A stretch of DNA of 64,000 nucleotides from the NCBI GenBank assembly GCA_024234615.1, contig JACKNY010000002.1, positions 398,111 to 462,110 on the forward strand, written 5' to 3'. The position numbers and the translations under genes are program-made. Below the pieces are notes generated by a model. That model searched no databases. It was not told the origin of the DNA and was given only the letters and a program-made list of their open reading frames with translations. Source of the stretch: Pseudomonadales bacterium (GTDB taxonomy: Bacteria > Pseudomonadota > Gammaproteobacteria > Pseudomonadales > IMCC2047). Numbering within the stretch: position 1 is the first letter of the stretch; the number at the start of each line of letters is the position of its first letter. Shown here in pieces: positions 55,869-64,000 of this stretch.

Positions 55869-57297
55869 GGCGCTCCTGCAGCACTTGCTGCCACGCTAAG
55901 AATCGTCGCTTTATAGTCATGCTTCCCTTCCTGGATGGTAAAAATCTGTCCGACGCTACCACCTGCCAATCACTTGGCCGTCCCGCCAGCCAGAACGCCG
56001 CACCACGCGCGCTTGCCTCCACCTGTTGTGGACGAAAAACGATTAGGCCGCTGATATCCGCTAGTTTTTGGCAGAGACTATCTAACTGGGATAAGCCTCC
56101 TGATACCTGAATTTTACTTCCGTCAAAGCCATTTTTACTCATGATGCCAAGATTGATCTGTAACAAAAATACGATACTTTCCAATACCGCAACGAGTTTT
56201 TGTTCCTTGCTTCCATCACCAACAAACTCCGGAGACATTTCACACCAATAGGGCGAACCCAAGCCAGCGATACCATTAATAAACAAGGGGATTGTTTTCT
56301 CCTTTATTGCCCAGTCATCCAACCGATCCAAATTCTCCAAACCACAGTACTGCTGCGCCCAATCCAATGCACTAGCCGCACCATTTACCGTGCCCTCGAC
56401 GACAAAGCACGCAGTATCACTTTGATGCACCAGACTTTTTAGCAAGAATTTCGGACAAGCCTTGGTTTGCGCCCAGGGGACAGAGATAAAGGCACCAGTT
56501 CCTAGATTGACGTAAGCCGTATCACTGGATAAATCACCCATTGCAAAAATTGCGGCAGACTGGTCTCCATTTACCAAGCGTAGCGGTAGGCTAATTTCAT
56601 CCAGCACCAACAGCCCGTAATCAGACTGCGTTGCTGTCAGCTTCGGCAACAGGGATTGCTCAATACCAAAACAAAGGAGCAACTCCTCGTCCCAATCCAA
56701 AGTCTCCATATTCCACAATAGGGTTCGCGAAGCGTTAGCGGGATCAACCCTTGCTGCCTTGCTGTCCGTGAGCTGCGCAATCAACCAACTGGCCAGAGGA
56801 CCACATGTTAGGCAGCCATTGTCATAGGCCTGTTTAACCTGGGCGAGATGATCCAGGCACCAACGAATTTTACTCGCACCGTAGTGGGCACTTAGGGTTA
56901 AACCCGTGCGTTGATGTATCCAATTGGTATCAATATTTTGTTGACTCAGCCACTGAGCACCACGGCGATCCTGCCAACTGATGACTGGGTAAAGCGCTTC
57001 TCCTGTGATTTTATGCCAGCACACTAAGCTAGAGCGCTGGGTAACCAACGCCGCAGCCAACAGACAGTTGCGCTGCTCCTGCGTCAGCCCCTGAAGAGCG
57101 AGATTAGCGGCCTGCCTTAATGACTCAACCAATTCTGCGGGGTTTTGCTCGACCCAATCTAACTTGGGTTTATCCGTTGCCACGGGTACTGCCGCTTGTG
57201 TTAGCAACCTTCCACTCGCATCAAACACTAGCGCCCGACTGCTATGCCCACCTTGGTCCAGCACAAGATAAGAGTTACTTTTCAATGATGTGCCCAC
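55855..57297 (-). CDS. FGGY-family carbohydrate kinase (glycerol-kinase-like)
   Basis: N-terminal LVLDQGGHSSRALVFD actin-fold phosphate-1 motif. A C-terminal FGGY pattern is present (VSGGLSQ.D.LCQ.LADI). Confidence 0.78.
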   Translation of the reverse strand: MGTSLKSNSYLVLDQGGHSSRALVFDASGRLLTQAAVPVATDKPKLDWVEQNPAELVESLRQAANLALQGLTQEQRNCLLAAALVTQRSSLVCWHKITGEALYPVISWQDRRGAQWLSQQNIDTNWIHQRTGLTLSAHYGASKIRWCLDHLAQVKQAYDNGCLTCGPLASWLIAQLTDSKAARVDPANASRTLLWNMETLDWDEELLLCFGIEQSLLPKLTATQSDYGLLVLDEISLPLRLVNGDQSAAIFAMGDLSSDTAYVNLGTGAFISVPWAQTKACPKFLLKSLVHQSDTACFVVEGTVNGAASALDWAQQYCGLENLDRLDDWAIKEKTIPLFINGIAGLGSPYWCEMSPEFVGDGSKEQKLVAVLESIVFLLQINLGIMSKNGFDGSKIQVSGGLSQLDSLCQKLADISGLIVFRPQQVEASARGAAFWLAGRPSDWQVVASDRFLPSRKGSMTIKRRFLAWQQVLQERLKRA

Positions 57298-57364
57298 CCT
57301 ATTTCTGTCAATGGGTTTGGGGCAAAGCGGGGGGAAGATGGAAGTGAGGTGGATAATTTTAACT

Positions 57365-57403
57365 GATAAATACTGGGCGCGGCGGGCATTAGCAGCCGCG
57401 CCC
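57365..57403 (-). terminator. GC-rich terminator hairpin downstream of purC
   Basis: GGGCGCGGC (57375-57383) and GCCGCGCCC (57395-57403) form a perfect 9-bp stem. On the minus strand an AT-rich stretch follows (AGTATTTATC), which is a weak U-tract. Confidence 0.55.
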
Positions 57404-57429
57404 TCAAAGTACCGCTATCACCAAGCCGG

Positions 57430-58143
57430 TTAATCGAACTTTAAGCCCAGTCGATTACCCACCTGCTCGTAAGCCTCAACCACATTACCCAAGTTTTGAC
57501 GAAACCGGTCTTTATCCAATTTTTCTCTGGTCGCTTTATCCCATATGCGGCAGCCATCAGGTGTCATTTCGTCACCTAACACAATCTCACCTTTATAGAG
57601 GCCAAATTCAAGCTTGTAATCCACCAGCAGCATATCGCCAGATAAAAATAGTGATTTGAGAACATCATTGGCCTTAAAAGTAAGCTCCTTCATACGTTCA
57701 ACATGGGCATCCTCAGCCCAACCAAAGGTACGAATATGGTACTCATTGATCATCGGGTCATGCAGCGCGTCGTTTTTAAGAAAGAACTCAAAGGTCGGTG
57801 GGTTCAGCTCCATTCCATCTGGCACGCCGAGGCGTTTGCAGAGGCTACCAGTGCTGATATTGCGTACCACACACTCTACCGGAATCATCTTTAAGCGCTT
57901 TACCAAGGCTTCCTGATCCGATAAAAGTCGATCAAAGTGTGTGGGAATGCCCGCTGCTTCAAGTTTCTGCATGATAAACGCATTAAATTTATTGTTCACC
58001 ATACCTTTGCGATCCAGCTGCTCGATTCTTTCGCCATCAAAGGCTGAGGTATCATTTCTAAACAATAATATTAATCGATCAGGATCATCAGTTTTATATA
58101 CCGATTTTGCTTTACCTGCATACAGCTCTTCACGCTTTTCCAT
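57430..58143 (-). CDS. purC: phosphoribosylaminoimidazole-succinocarboxamide synthase
   Basis: [16 protein letters not shown]... is collinear with E. coli PurC. The track ORF opens at TTG 58155. ATG 58143 follows GGAGA at a 6-nt spacing. Confidence 0.95.
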   Translation of the reverse strand: MEKREELYAGKAKSVYKTDDPDRLILLFRNDTSAFDGERIEQLDRKGMVNNKFNAFIMQKLEAAGIPTHFDRLLSDQEALVKRLKMIPVECVVRNISTGSLCKRLGVPDGMELNPPTFEFFLKNDALHDPMINEYHIRTFGWAEDAHVERMKELTFKANDVLKSLFLSGDMLLVDYKLEFGLYKGEIVLGDEMTPDGCRIWDKATREKLDKDRFRQNLGNVVEAYEQVGNRLGLKFD

Positions 58144-58155
58144 TTCTGTCTCCAA

Positions 58156-58917
58156 TTAACTTATCACTCGCCAATCAAAGCCCAACGTTTGATCAGCTAC
58201 GGTTAACCAATGTTCACTACATCCAGTCGCCCCAACTACCTCGTTGACAGCTCTCTGCGTTGAATTATTTTGTTCGCTGATATGAGAGATCACTAGGTGT
58301 TGCAGGTGCTTTATTTCTATTTCTCTGAGTAAACCCCCCGCCTGGTTATTACTCAGGTGCCCATATTCGCCACTTATACGCCGTTTTAAAGCAAGGGGAT
58401 AAGGACCCTGCTCTAACATTTCGAGATCGTGATTACACTCCAATAGCAAACTGTCCAGCTGACGATAACTTTGCTTGACGAAGGGCGTAATACTACCTAA
58501 ATCTGTTAAAACACCCAACTTTTTTGCACCGTCATCGAAAATAAATTGACAGGGCTCTCGCGCGTCATGGGGTACGGGAACCGGCTGTATTTGTATATCC
58601 ATGATGGCAAAAGTCGAATGGCAGTTGATGTTGTGCAGCTGATTAACCTGGCCTATCCGAGATTGCTGATAAGTTCCAGCAGTAAGGTAGACGGGCAGAT
58701 CGTATTTTCGCGCTAAGGGGCCCACACCATTAGCATGGTCGCTGTGTTCGTGGGTAACTAATATAGCGCTTATTTGTTGCGGCGATTTGTCCAGACGCGC
58801 TAACCGCCGTTCGGTTTCTTTGAGGGTAAAACCACAGTCAAGCAGTAGGCAGGTGTTCGCATGTTCAATCAGCGTGGCATTGCCACGACTGCCGCTGCCG
58901 AGCGACGAAAAACGCAC
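58156..58917 (-). CDS. MBL-fold metallo-hydrolase
   Basis: HxHxDH motif (THEHSDH) plus downstream His/Asp ligands. It sits between bamC and purC. Confidence 0.85.
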   Translation of the reverse strand: MRFSSLGSGSRGNATLIEHANTCLLLDCGFTLKETERRLARLDKSPQQISAILVTHEHSDHANGVGPLARKYDLPVYLTAGTYQQSRIGQVNQLHNINCHSTFAIMDIQIQPVPVPHDAREPCQFIFDDGAKKLGVLTDLGSITPFVKQSYRQLDSLLLECNHDLEMLEQGPYPLALKRRISGEYGHLSNNQAGGLLREIEIKHLQHLVISHISEQNNSTQRAVNEVVGATGCSEHWLTVADQTLGFDWRVIS

Positions 58918-58958
58918 CTAAATACCTTATGTTAAACTAACAGACATCTGATAGGTCA

Positions 58959-60038
58959 CTATATAAGATTTTCTCTAATAGTAGCCAGCACCGCTTCCGA
59001 CAGATCCTTTTCAATTTTTTCATCATCACTCGCTACCGCAACCACAATTTTTTCGGATTCCGTTTTTAAGTTCACCACAAATTTAAATGCTTTGCCTTTC
59101 GACCCATCGTTACCGACAAAAGGTAAAAATGAGAAGAACCCACCTTCTTTCTTTTCTTCCGCGTTGGGATAGTAGTTAACGTAGTAATTCCCAGAGCTGC
59201 GATCTTTATCGGCTACTTCTATTTCCGCATCTTCTATCGCTTTACCGACCGCTTCCCAAGCTCGCTCATAGTTCAGTTGTAAGACCAGTATTTTTCTCCC
59301 TGAAGCATCAGTACTCAGCGAGGACTTAGGTGCGCCAGAAAAGCTCTGGGCCAACAAGGAAGCAGGAGCACCTTCATATTCGGTATCAATCAGAAAACTG
59401 GCAAGCTCCTGCATAATTGCGACAGCTAACTCATCCTCTTCCTTAACGACAGACCAATCTAATTGCTCTGCAGCAGGTAATACGGCGGTGGCCGGAAAGC
59501 CAAGGTGCATGATATACACTTCCGCTGAGTTTTCATGCATACCGTGTTCGACCCGAATTCGGAATTTATCGCGTGTGGCAATATTTTCCTTTTCCCGTGA
59601 CAACCAAACTGTTTCCATATCCCCTTTAAAAGGTTCCTCAAGCGCCAACTCGATGCTGTTCAGTTCCCAAAATCGTCGCACTTTCGCCCAGGCACTCGCT
59701 GGTTGAGTATTAACCGAAATCCAGTATCGATTACCTGACTTAAATGCACGAATTTCACCCTGACTTTTCGTCACAAAGGCTTCCGGCATAGGTACTTCAA
59801 AATCATTGGAAAACGCTTGAGCACCTTGCCAACCAGGCACCGGATATAAGTCTTTAATTGCAGATTTATCCAGATTATCCGGCACGTTGATTGGTTGAGA
59901 TACCTCTGCTTCGCGATAATCATGTTTGCGATCGCGGAAATAACCTTCATCTCCCATTAGCCAGCCGCAACCAGAAAGTGCACTCGCAGCAATTATTGGG
60001 ATAACCATCAAAGGTGGGCTTAGCTTCAGCTTGCTCAT
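58959..60038 (-). CDS. bamC: outer membrane protein assembly factor BamC (lipoprotein)
   Basis: Lipobox AASALSGC. It is located between dapA and purC as in other Gammaproteobacteria. The start is ambiguous: the track opens at 60098, and ATG 60038 gives a 24-aa lipoprotein signal peptide. Confidence 0.78.
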   Translation of the reverse strand: MSKLKLSPPLMVIPIIAASALSGCGWLMGDEGYFRDRKHDYREAEVSQPINVPDNLDKSAIKDLYPVPGWQGAQAFSNDFEVPMPEAFVTKSQGEIRAFKSGNRYWISVNTQPASAWAKVRRFWELNSIELALEEPFKGDMETVWLSREKENIATRDKFRIRVEHGMHENSAEVYIMHLGFPATAVLPAAEQLDWSVVKEEDELAVAIMQELASFLIDTEYEGAPASLLAQSFSGAPKSSLSTDASGRKILVLQLNYERAWEAVGKAIEDAEIEVADKDRSSGNYYVNYYPNAEEKKEGGFFSFLPFVGNDGSKGKAFKFVVNLKTESEKIVVAVASDDEKIEKDLSEAVLATIRENLI

Positions 60039-60103
60039 CAAGAGTCTCTGTAACACTTTAGTCTGCATAGGATTTTTGAGCATTCGTTGATTGTACATGT
60101 TTA

Positions 60104-60979
60104 TTATATGACCTCAGCCTGTTGCATTGCTCGATGAATCATTTCGTGATACTGCTGGCTTAATCTTGTTAAAGGTAAACGGATGCCGCCCTTGATCAAC
60201 CCCAACTGTTCTACCGCCCACTTGACTGGGATCGGGTTCGCTTCTACAAATAAATCCCGATGTAGTGCTTCCAATTTCGCGTTGATGCGTTCGGCAGTTT
60301 CTCTATCACCAGCAATTGCCGCTCTGCACATTTCAGCCATTTTCTTTGGTGCCACATTTGCGGTAACTGAGATATCACCTTTGGCACCCATCAGTATTAA
60401 CTCCATGGCGGTCGCGTCATCTCCGGAGTAGACGGTTAAGCGATCAGAACATCGCTCAAGCACTTCGCGGCCTCGCTCCAAATCGCCCGTCGCTTCCTTG
60501 ATGCCGATAATATTAGGATGGTAGGCAAGCCGCTCCAAAGTATCCGGCAATAAATCGCAAGTCGTACGCCCTGGAACATTATAGAGAATTTGGGGGATAT
60601 CAACGCTATCAGCAATTAGCTTAAAGTGTTGATACATACCTTCCTGGGTTGGGCGATTATAGTAAGGCGTTACCAATAAGCAGGCATCAGCACCCACTTC
60701 CTTAGCAGATTGGGACCATTCCACCGCTTCCGAGGTTGCATTGGAACCAGTCCCGGCAATTACCGGTATTCTGCCGGCGACCCGTTGTACAGTAGCGGCG
60801 ATAACGGCAATATGTTCATCTACCGGTAGCGTGGGCGATTCTCCCGACGTACCAACGGCAACAATTGCGTTCGTACCATTCTCCAAATGGAAATCAATCA
60901 AGCGTTCAAGCGCCTGCCAATCAATTGCGCCGTCCTCTTCCATTGGGGTTACCAGCGCAACTATACTGCCTTCAATCAT
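60104..60979 (-). CDS. dapA: 4-hydroxy-tetrahydrodipicolinate synthase
   Basis: GTSGESPTL, TPYYN and the Schiff-base lysine context IIGIKEATGD are present. Confidence 0.95.
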   Translation of the reverse strand: MIEGSIVALVTPMEEDGAIDWQALERLIDFHLENGTNAIVAVGTSGESPTLPVDEHIAVIAATVQRVAGRIPVIAGTGSNATSEAVEWSQSAKEVGADACLLVTPYYNRPTQEGMYQHFKLIADSVDIPQILYNVPGRTTCDLLPDTLERLAYHPNIIGIKEATGDLERGREVLERCSDRLTVYSGDDATAMELILMGAKGDISVTANVAPKKMAEMCRAAIAGDRETAERINAKLEALHRDLFVEANPIPVKWAVEQLGLIKGGIRLPLTRLSQQYHEMIHRAMQQAEVI

Positions 60980-61098
60980 CCAAAACTCCGCCGACTAAAT
61001 AAAGGGTTATAGTAATGTCGAGGACTCACAATCACAAGCGAAGCCCGCTATAATTTCTACTTAGAATTCCTACACTTGATTTAACGGAAAATAGTCTT

Positions 61099-61566
61099 AT
61101 GTCAACACCAACCATTGGTAAACCCGTCAAACATTTTACACTTCCAGCCACTGGAGATCAGGAAATCAACTTATCTACATTGCGGGGGAAGAATATTGTT
61201 CTCTACTTTTACCCTAAGGACAGCACTCCAGGCTGCACTACGGAAGGACAGAATTTTCGAGATCTTTTCGATCAATTCACTGCGAATAACACCGTCATAT
61301 TGGGGGTTTCCAGAGACAGCATCAAAGCACATGAAAATTTTAAAGCCAAGCAGTGCTTTCCTTTCGAACTATTATCTGATCCAGAAGAAAAACTCTGCTC
61401 GCAATTTGATGTGATCCGGGAAAAAAACCTCTATGGCCGTAAATACATGGGAATTGAACGCAGTACTTTTTTAATTGATGCGGAAGGGGTACTGCGCAAA
61501 GAGTGGCGTAAAGTGAAGGTAAAAGGTCATGCGGATGAAGTGTTAAGTGAGGTAAAAATGCTTTAG
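61099..61566 (+). CDS. bcp: thioredoxin-dependent thiol peroxidase (Bcp, peroxiredoxin)
   Basis: FYPKDSTPGCTTE peroxidatic Cys motif. 155 aa. Confidence 0.92.
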   Translation: MSTPTIGKPVKHFTLPATGDQEINLSTLRGKNIVLYFYPKDSTPGCTTEGQNFRDLFDQFTANNTVILGVSRDSIKAHENFKAKQCFPFELLSDPEEKLCSQFDVIREKNLYGRKYMGIERSTFLIDAEGVLRKEWRKVKVKGHADEVLSEVKML

Positions 61567-62042
61567 AGCAGCGATCCGATACAGTCACCTCCCGCAGTAA
61601 TCTCTGTCGCTGGCAATACCTTTAATATGAGTGGCTGAAATGAGGACTTGCCAGCGCCAACCCCAGAGATCAGCCTTACCAGCACAAAACCTAAGCATAA
61701 AGCCAGAATGCCGATACCTATCACCCAAGGCTCAGGTGCGCCAAACAAACTATCCGCTACTCCAGCCGCCGCAATAAACAAAAGCAACGGCAACCCATAG
61801 GCGAGAAAAGCCGATTTCAATAATGTATTTTCTGGAATACCCAAGACGACTTGATCACCGACCCTCAAACTTTGATCAGTTACCAAACGAATATGGTTTC
61901 GCTTGCCGCTAGTATATTTTGCAACTAGCCCTTGACCACAAGTAGATTTCGCTGCACAACCGCCACAAGAGCTTTGCTGTATCGTTTCCACCCAAACTTG
62001 CTTACCCTCAACGGCAACAACTCGGCCCGGCTCTTCAATCAC
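61563..62042 (-). CDS. rseC: SoxR-reducing-system/sigma-E regulatory protein RseC (MucC)
   Basis: N-terminal CGGC...C Cys motif (QQSSCGGCAAKSTCG) and two C-terminal TM helices. It is the last gene of the rpoE cluster. Confidence 0.8.
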   Translation of the reverse strand: MIEEPGRVVAVEGKQVWVETIQQSSCGGCAAKSTCGQGLVAKYTSGKRNHIRLVTDQSLRVGDQVVLGIPENTLLKSAFLAYGLPLLLFIAAAGVADSLFGAPEPWVIGIGILALCLGFVLVRLISGVGAGKSSFQPLILKVLPATEITAGGDCIGSLL

Positions 62043-63064
62043 TCTTCTGTCTCCTCGACCGGAACTATCGAGTCTGCCAAGCGCTGCGCGGTCATCATGG
62101 GCACTTCGCCGACTACCGTTACAAAATGGTTACCCGAATTACTTTTTATAACGCGAGCAACGGCAACCGTTGCACCTTTTTGAGTAGCTACCCGCTCCTG
62201 TGCTTCAGTGGGAGCTTTCTCAACGAATATCGAAAATGCAGTCATACCGTCACTGTAGGTGAGCGTATCGGCCTGCATGTCACCACCATGTGCTCGTCGT
62301 ATTCCTTGCATGCGCATAATAAAGCCGTCCGGCATCCAGGTGAGCCTCCAGCTAGGCTTTTTTTGTTCAATCGTTTCATTCTCGGAGAGCAATAAAGGCT
62401 GATGCTTGAACACTTCACCTTTAATACCTAAATCTAGTTCATCATCCGTAATCTCATTGGTAAGATCAATTTGAGTAAACTGGAATCGTTCAAGTACGCG
62501 ATTAGCATGCAACAAAACGGATTTCAGCAGCAATCCCGTTTCCTTATCCAACCAAATTTGATACCCATAGCGAAATTCATCCTTTGGCGTAATCGCAAAG
62601 CGCATGGCTTCTCGGCCCACAATACGGCTTTGGCCAATGAGCTCGACCTGATAACCACTGCTGGAATGACTGACATCGCGAATAAAGGCTTTAGCAAAAG
62701 GACCAGCTGGGATACGGTGATTAACATCACCTTTCCAATCGGCAGTATGCACACAGGTGACCTGATCGCCATTGCGAATCAGTTCAAGTTTAGGGCCATC
62801 CATACGCACAATACGCTCACGCTCCGCACCATCATCCAACCGATGAACGATGCGTAATGTTTCCATATTGCTACCATGCGAATAAACAAATACACCATCA
62901 TAATTGTTTTGACGAAAGGCATCGGAAATACGCTGGAATAAATTACTAGCCTCAGATTCGGCTAACACGGCATCGGCAGATGCCGTGCCGATTATCAATG
63001 AGCAGAGTAAACCGAGTTTACAAACAAAGCTGGAAAGCGACACAGTTTTCTCAACTCGCACCAT
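62039..63064 (-). CDS. rseB: sigma-E regulatory protein RseB (MucB)
   Basis: Signal peptide. The NYDGVFVY ... family pattern is present. Its ATG overlaps the rseA stop (TAATG). Confidence 0.85.
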   Translation of the reverse strand: MVRVEKTVSLSSFVCKLGLLCSLIIGTASADAVLAESEASNLFQRISDAFRQNNYDGVFVYSHGSNMETLRIVHRLDDGAERERIVRMDGPKLELIRNGDQVTCVHTADWKGDVNHRIPAGPFAKAFIRDVSHSSSGYQVELIGQSRIVGREAMRFAITPKDEFRYGYQIWLDKETGLLLKSVLLHANRVLERFQFTQIDLTNEITDDELDLGIKGEVFKHQPLLLSENETIEQKKPSWRLTWMPDGFIMRMQGIRRAHGGDMQADTLTYSDGMTAFSIFVEKAPTEAQERVATQKGATVAVARVIKSNSGNHFVTVVGEVPMMTAQRLADSIVPVEETEE

Positions 63065-63648
63065 TAATACCTTTGCGATTCACTATCGCTGACTAATTGT
63101 GCATATGGCATAAATGCACGACTACGAGATAAATCCGCTTGTTGAGCATGAGTATCAATCAATTCCCTAAGCTTTTTTTGCGATACCGTTAAAGCTTCGT
63201 CACTGACGGGTAAGACATCTTTCAACGCTGGGTTGCTACCAGCAATAAGTGTATTAATATCAGAAGCTTCCTGCTCAGCAATACCGGGAGCAGAGGAAGG
63301 CTGATTCATTTGTAATGATCCAAAAACAACCACAACGGCAACCGAAGCGGCAACAGCCACACTCGTCACGGGCTTCAGAAAGCGATTCCAGCCAACATTT
63401 TTCACCACAATGCCCGACTCAAATTTAATCTCTTCATCGGCAATGGCCTGCGCTACTCGAGAACTAATGTCGACATGCAGATTCTTGGGCAAATTTCTCT
63501 TCATGGCTGAGCTTGCTAATTGATAACGCTTCCAAGTATCACGCACCTCATTATCTTTCTCCATACTTGTGAGCAGTCGACGAAGTTCCAGCTCATTGGC
63601 TTCATTATCCATTAACGCCGAGATAGATTCGCGCAGATTATCTGTCAT
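63064..63648 (-). CDS. rseA: anti-sigma-E factor RseA (MucA)
   Basis: The N-terminus LRESISALMDNEANELELRRLL parallels MucA/RseA. There is a central TM helix (VAVAASVAVVVVF). ATG 63648 follows GAGGGA. The track opens at GTG 63669. Confidence 0.82.
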   Translation of the reverse strand: MTDNLRESISALMDNEANELELRRLLTSMEKDNEVRDTWKRYQLASSAMKRNLPKNLHVDISSRVAQAIADEEIKFESGIVVKNVGWNRFLKPVTSVAVAASVAVVVVFGSLQMNQPSSAPGIAEQEASDINTLIAGSNPALKDVLPVSDEALTVSQKKLRELIDTHAQQADLSRSRAFMPYAQLVSDSESQRY

Positions 63649-63708
63649 CTGTGTTTCCCTCTTATACACACTTTTATTAATGCTTTTGTTAATGTTATCT
63701 ATAACTCT

Positions 63709-64000
63709 TTAGTTAACCAAACTGCTAATTTGATTATCAATTGCTTCCCGAGCTCTAAATATTCTCGAACGCACTGTGCCGACAGGGCACTGCATGACTT
63801 CAGCAATTTCTTCGTAACTCATACCGTCAAATTCACGTAATGTTACTGCCGTTCTCAAATCTTCTGGCAACTGGTGAATTGCCTTAAACACTGTTTTTTC
63901 CAGCTCAGCCTTATACAGTTCATTTTCAGGCGAATCATTATCCTTTAACTTGCTAGCGCCTTCAAAATATTCGGCATCGGCTATCTCAACATCTGAATCT
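63709..64000 (-). CDS. rpoE: RNA polymerase sigma-E factor RpoE/AlgU, C-terminal part (5' end beyond the window)
   Basis: LPEDLRTAVTLREFDGMSYEEIAEVMQCPVGTVRSRIFRAREAIDNQ is nearly identical to the E. coli RpoE region 4 I recall. The frame stays open to position 64000. Confidence 0.95.
   Translation of the reverse strand, partial: DSDVEIADAEYFEGASKLKDNDSPENELYKAELEKTVFKAIHQLPEDLRTAVTLREFDGMSYEEIAEVMQCPVGTVRSRIFRAREAIDNQISSLVN

Noticed and set aside
1-64000. Search by eye for CRISPR arrays, tRNA/rRNA genes, IS elements, integrases, phage genes and defence-system hallmarks (nucleases, reverse transcriptases, STAND/AAA+ NTPases, TIR, cyclases)
   Set aside because: I saw no regularly spaced direct repeats, no tRNA T-arm/acceptor patterns, and no transposase- or integrase-like translations in the ORF track. 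The only large NTPases are the housekeeping RapA and DeaD. tRNAscan-SE, Infernal, ISEScan and DefenseFinder or PADLOC runs would be needed to make this negative result firm.

Overview
This window looks like a mostly core chromosomal segment of a Gammaproteobacterium. The gene orders dapA-bamC-MBL-purC and rpoE(algU)-rseA(mucA)-rseB(mucB)-rseC resemble Pseudomonadales/Cellvibrionales-type genomes, but I cannot assign a taxon from the sequence alone. I call about 60 tightly packed protein-coding genes on both strands. Recognisable housekeeping genes include deaD, rapA, dusC, fklB, ppnP, purC, dapA, bamC, bcp and the sigma-E cluster. Transport and metabolism genes include nhaA, two MFS permeases, an MFP+RND efflux pair, a TonB-dependent receptor locus, an IorAB-type molybdoenzyme, glycerate kinase and a glycerophosphodiester/G3P cluster. 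There is also a large PAS-GAF-PAS-GGDEF-EAL protein. Reading by eye, I found no rRNA, tRNA, CRISPR array, transposase, integrase or phage gene. I did not find a clear multi-gene novel system such as a defence island. The items most worth a second look are: (1) a membrane-spanning Hanks-type kinase homologue whose catalytic HRD is HYN, which is pseudokinase-like, with a possible 57-aa zinc-ribbon ORF downstream; (2) an orphan intrinsic terminator implying an unannotated sRNA or micro-ORF at about 35.2-35.5 kb; (3) an unexplained hairpin-containing spacer of about 400 bp upstream of nhaA; (4) a near-consensus Fur box driving two overlapping genes of unknown function; (5) a cueR operon whose only cargo is a permease with a Cys-dyad-rich N-terminus; (6) an AraC / TonB-receptor / LLM-oxidoreductase / SnoaL-like locus of unknown substrate. 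All functional calls rest on motifs I recognise in the supplied translations. No database search was run.
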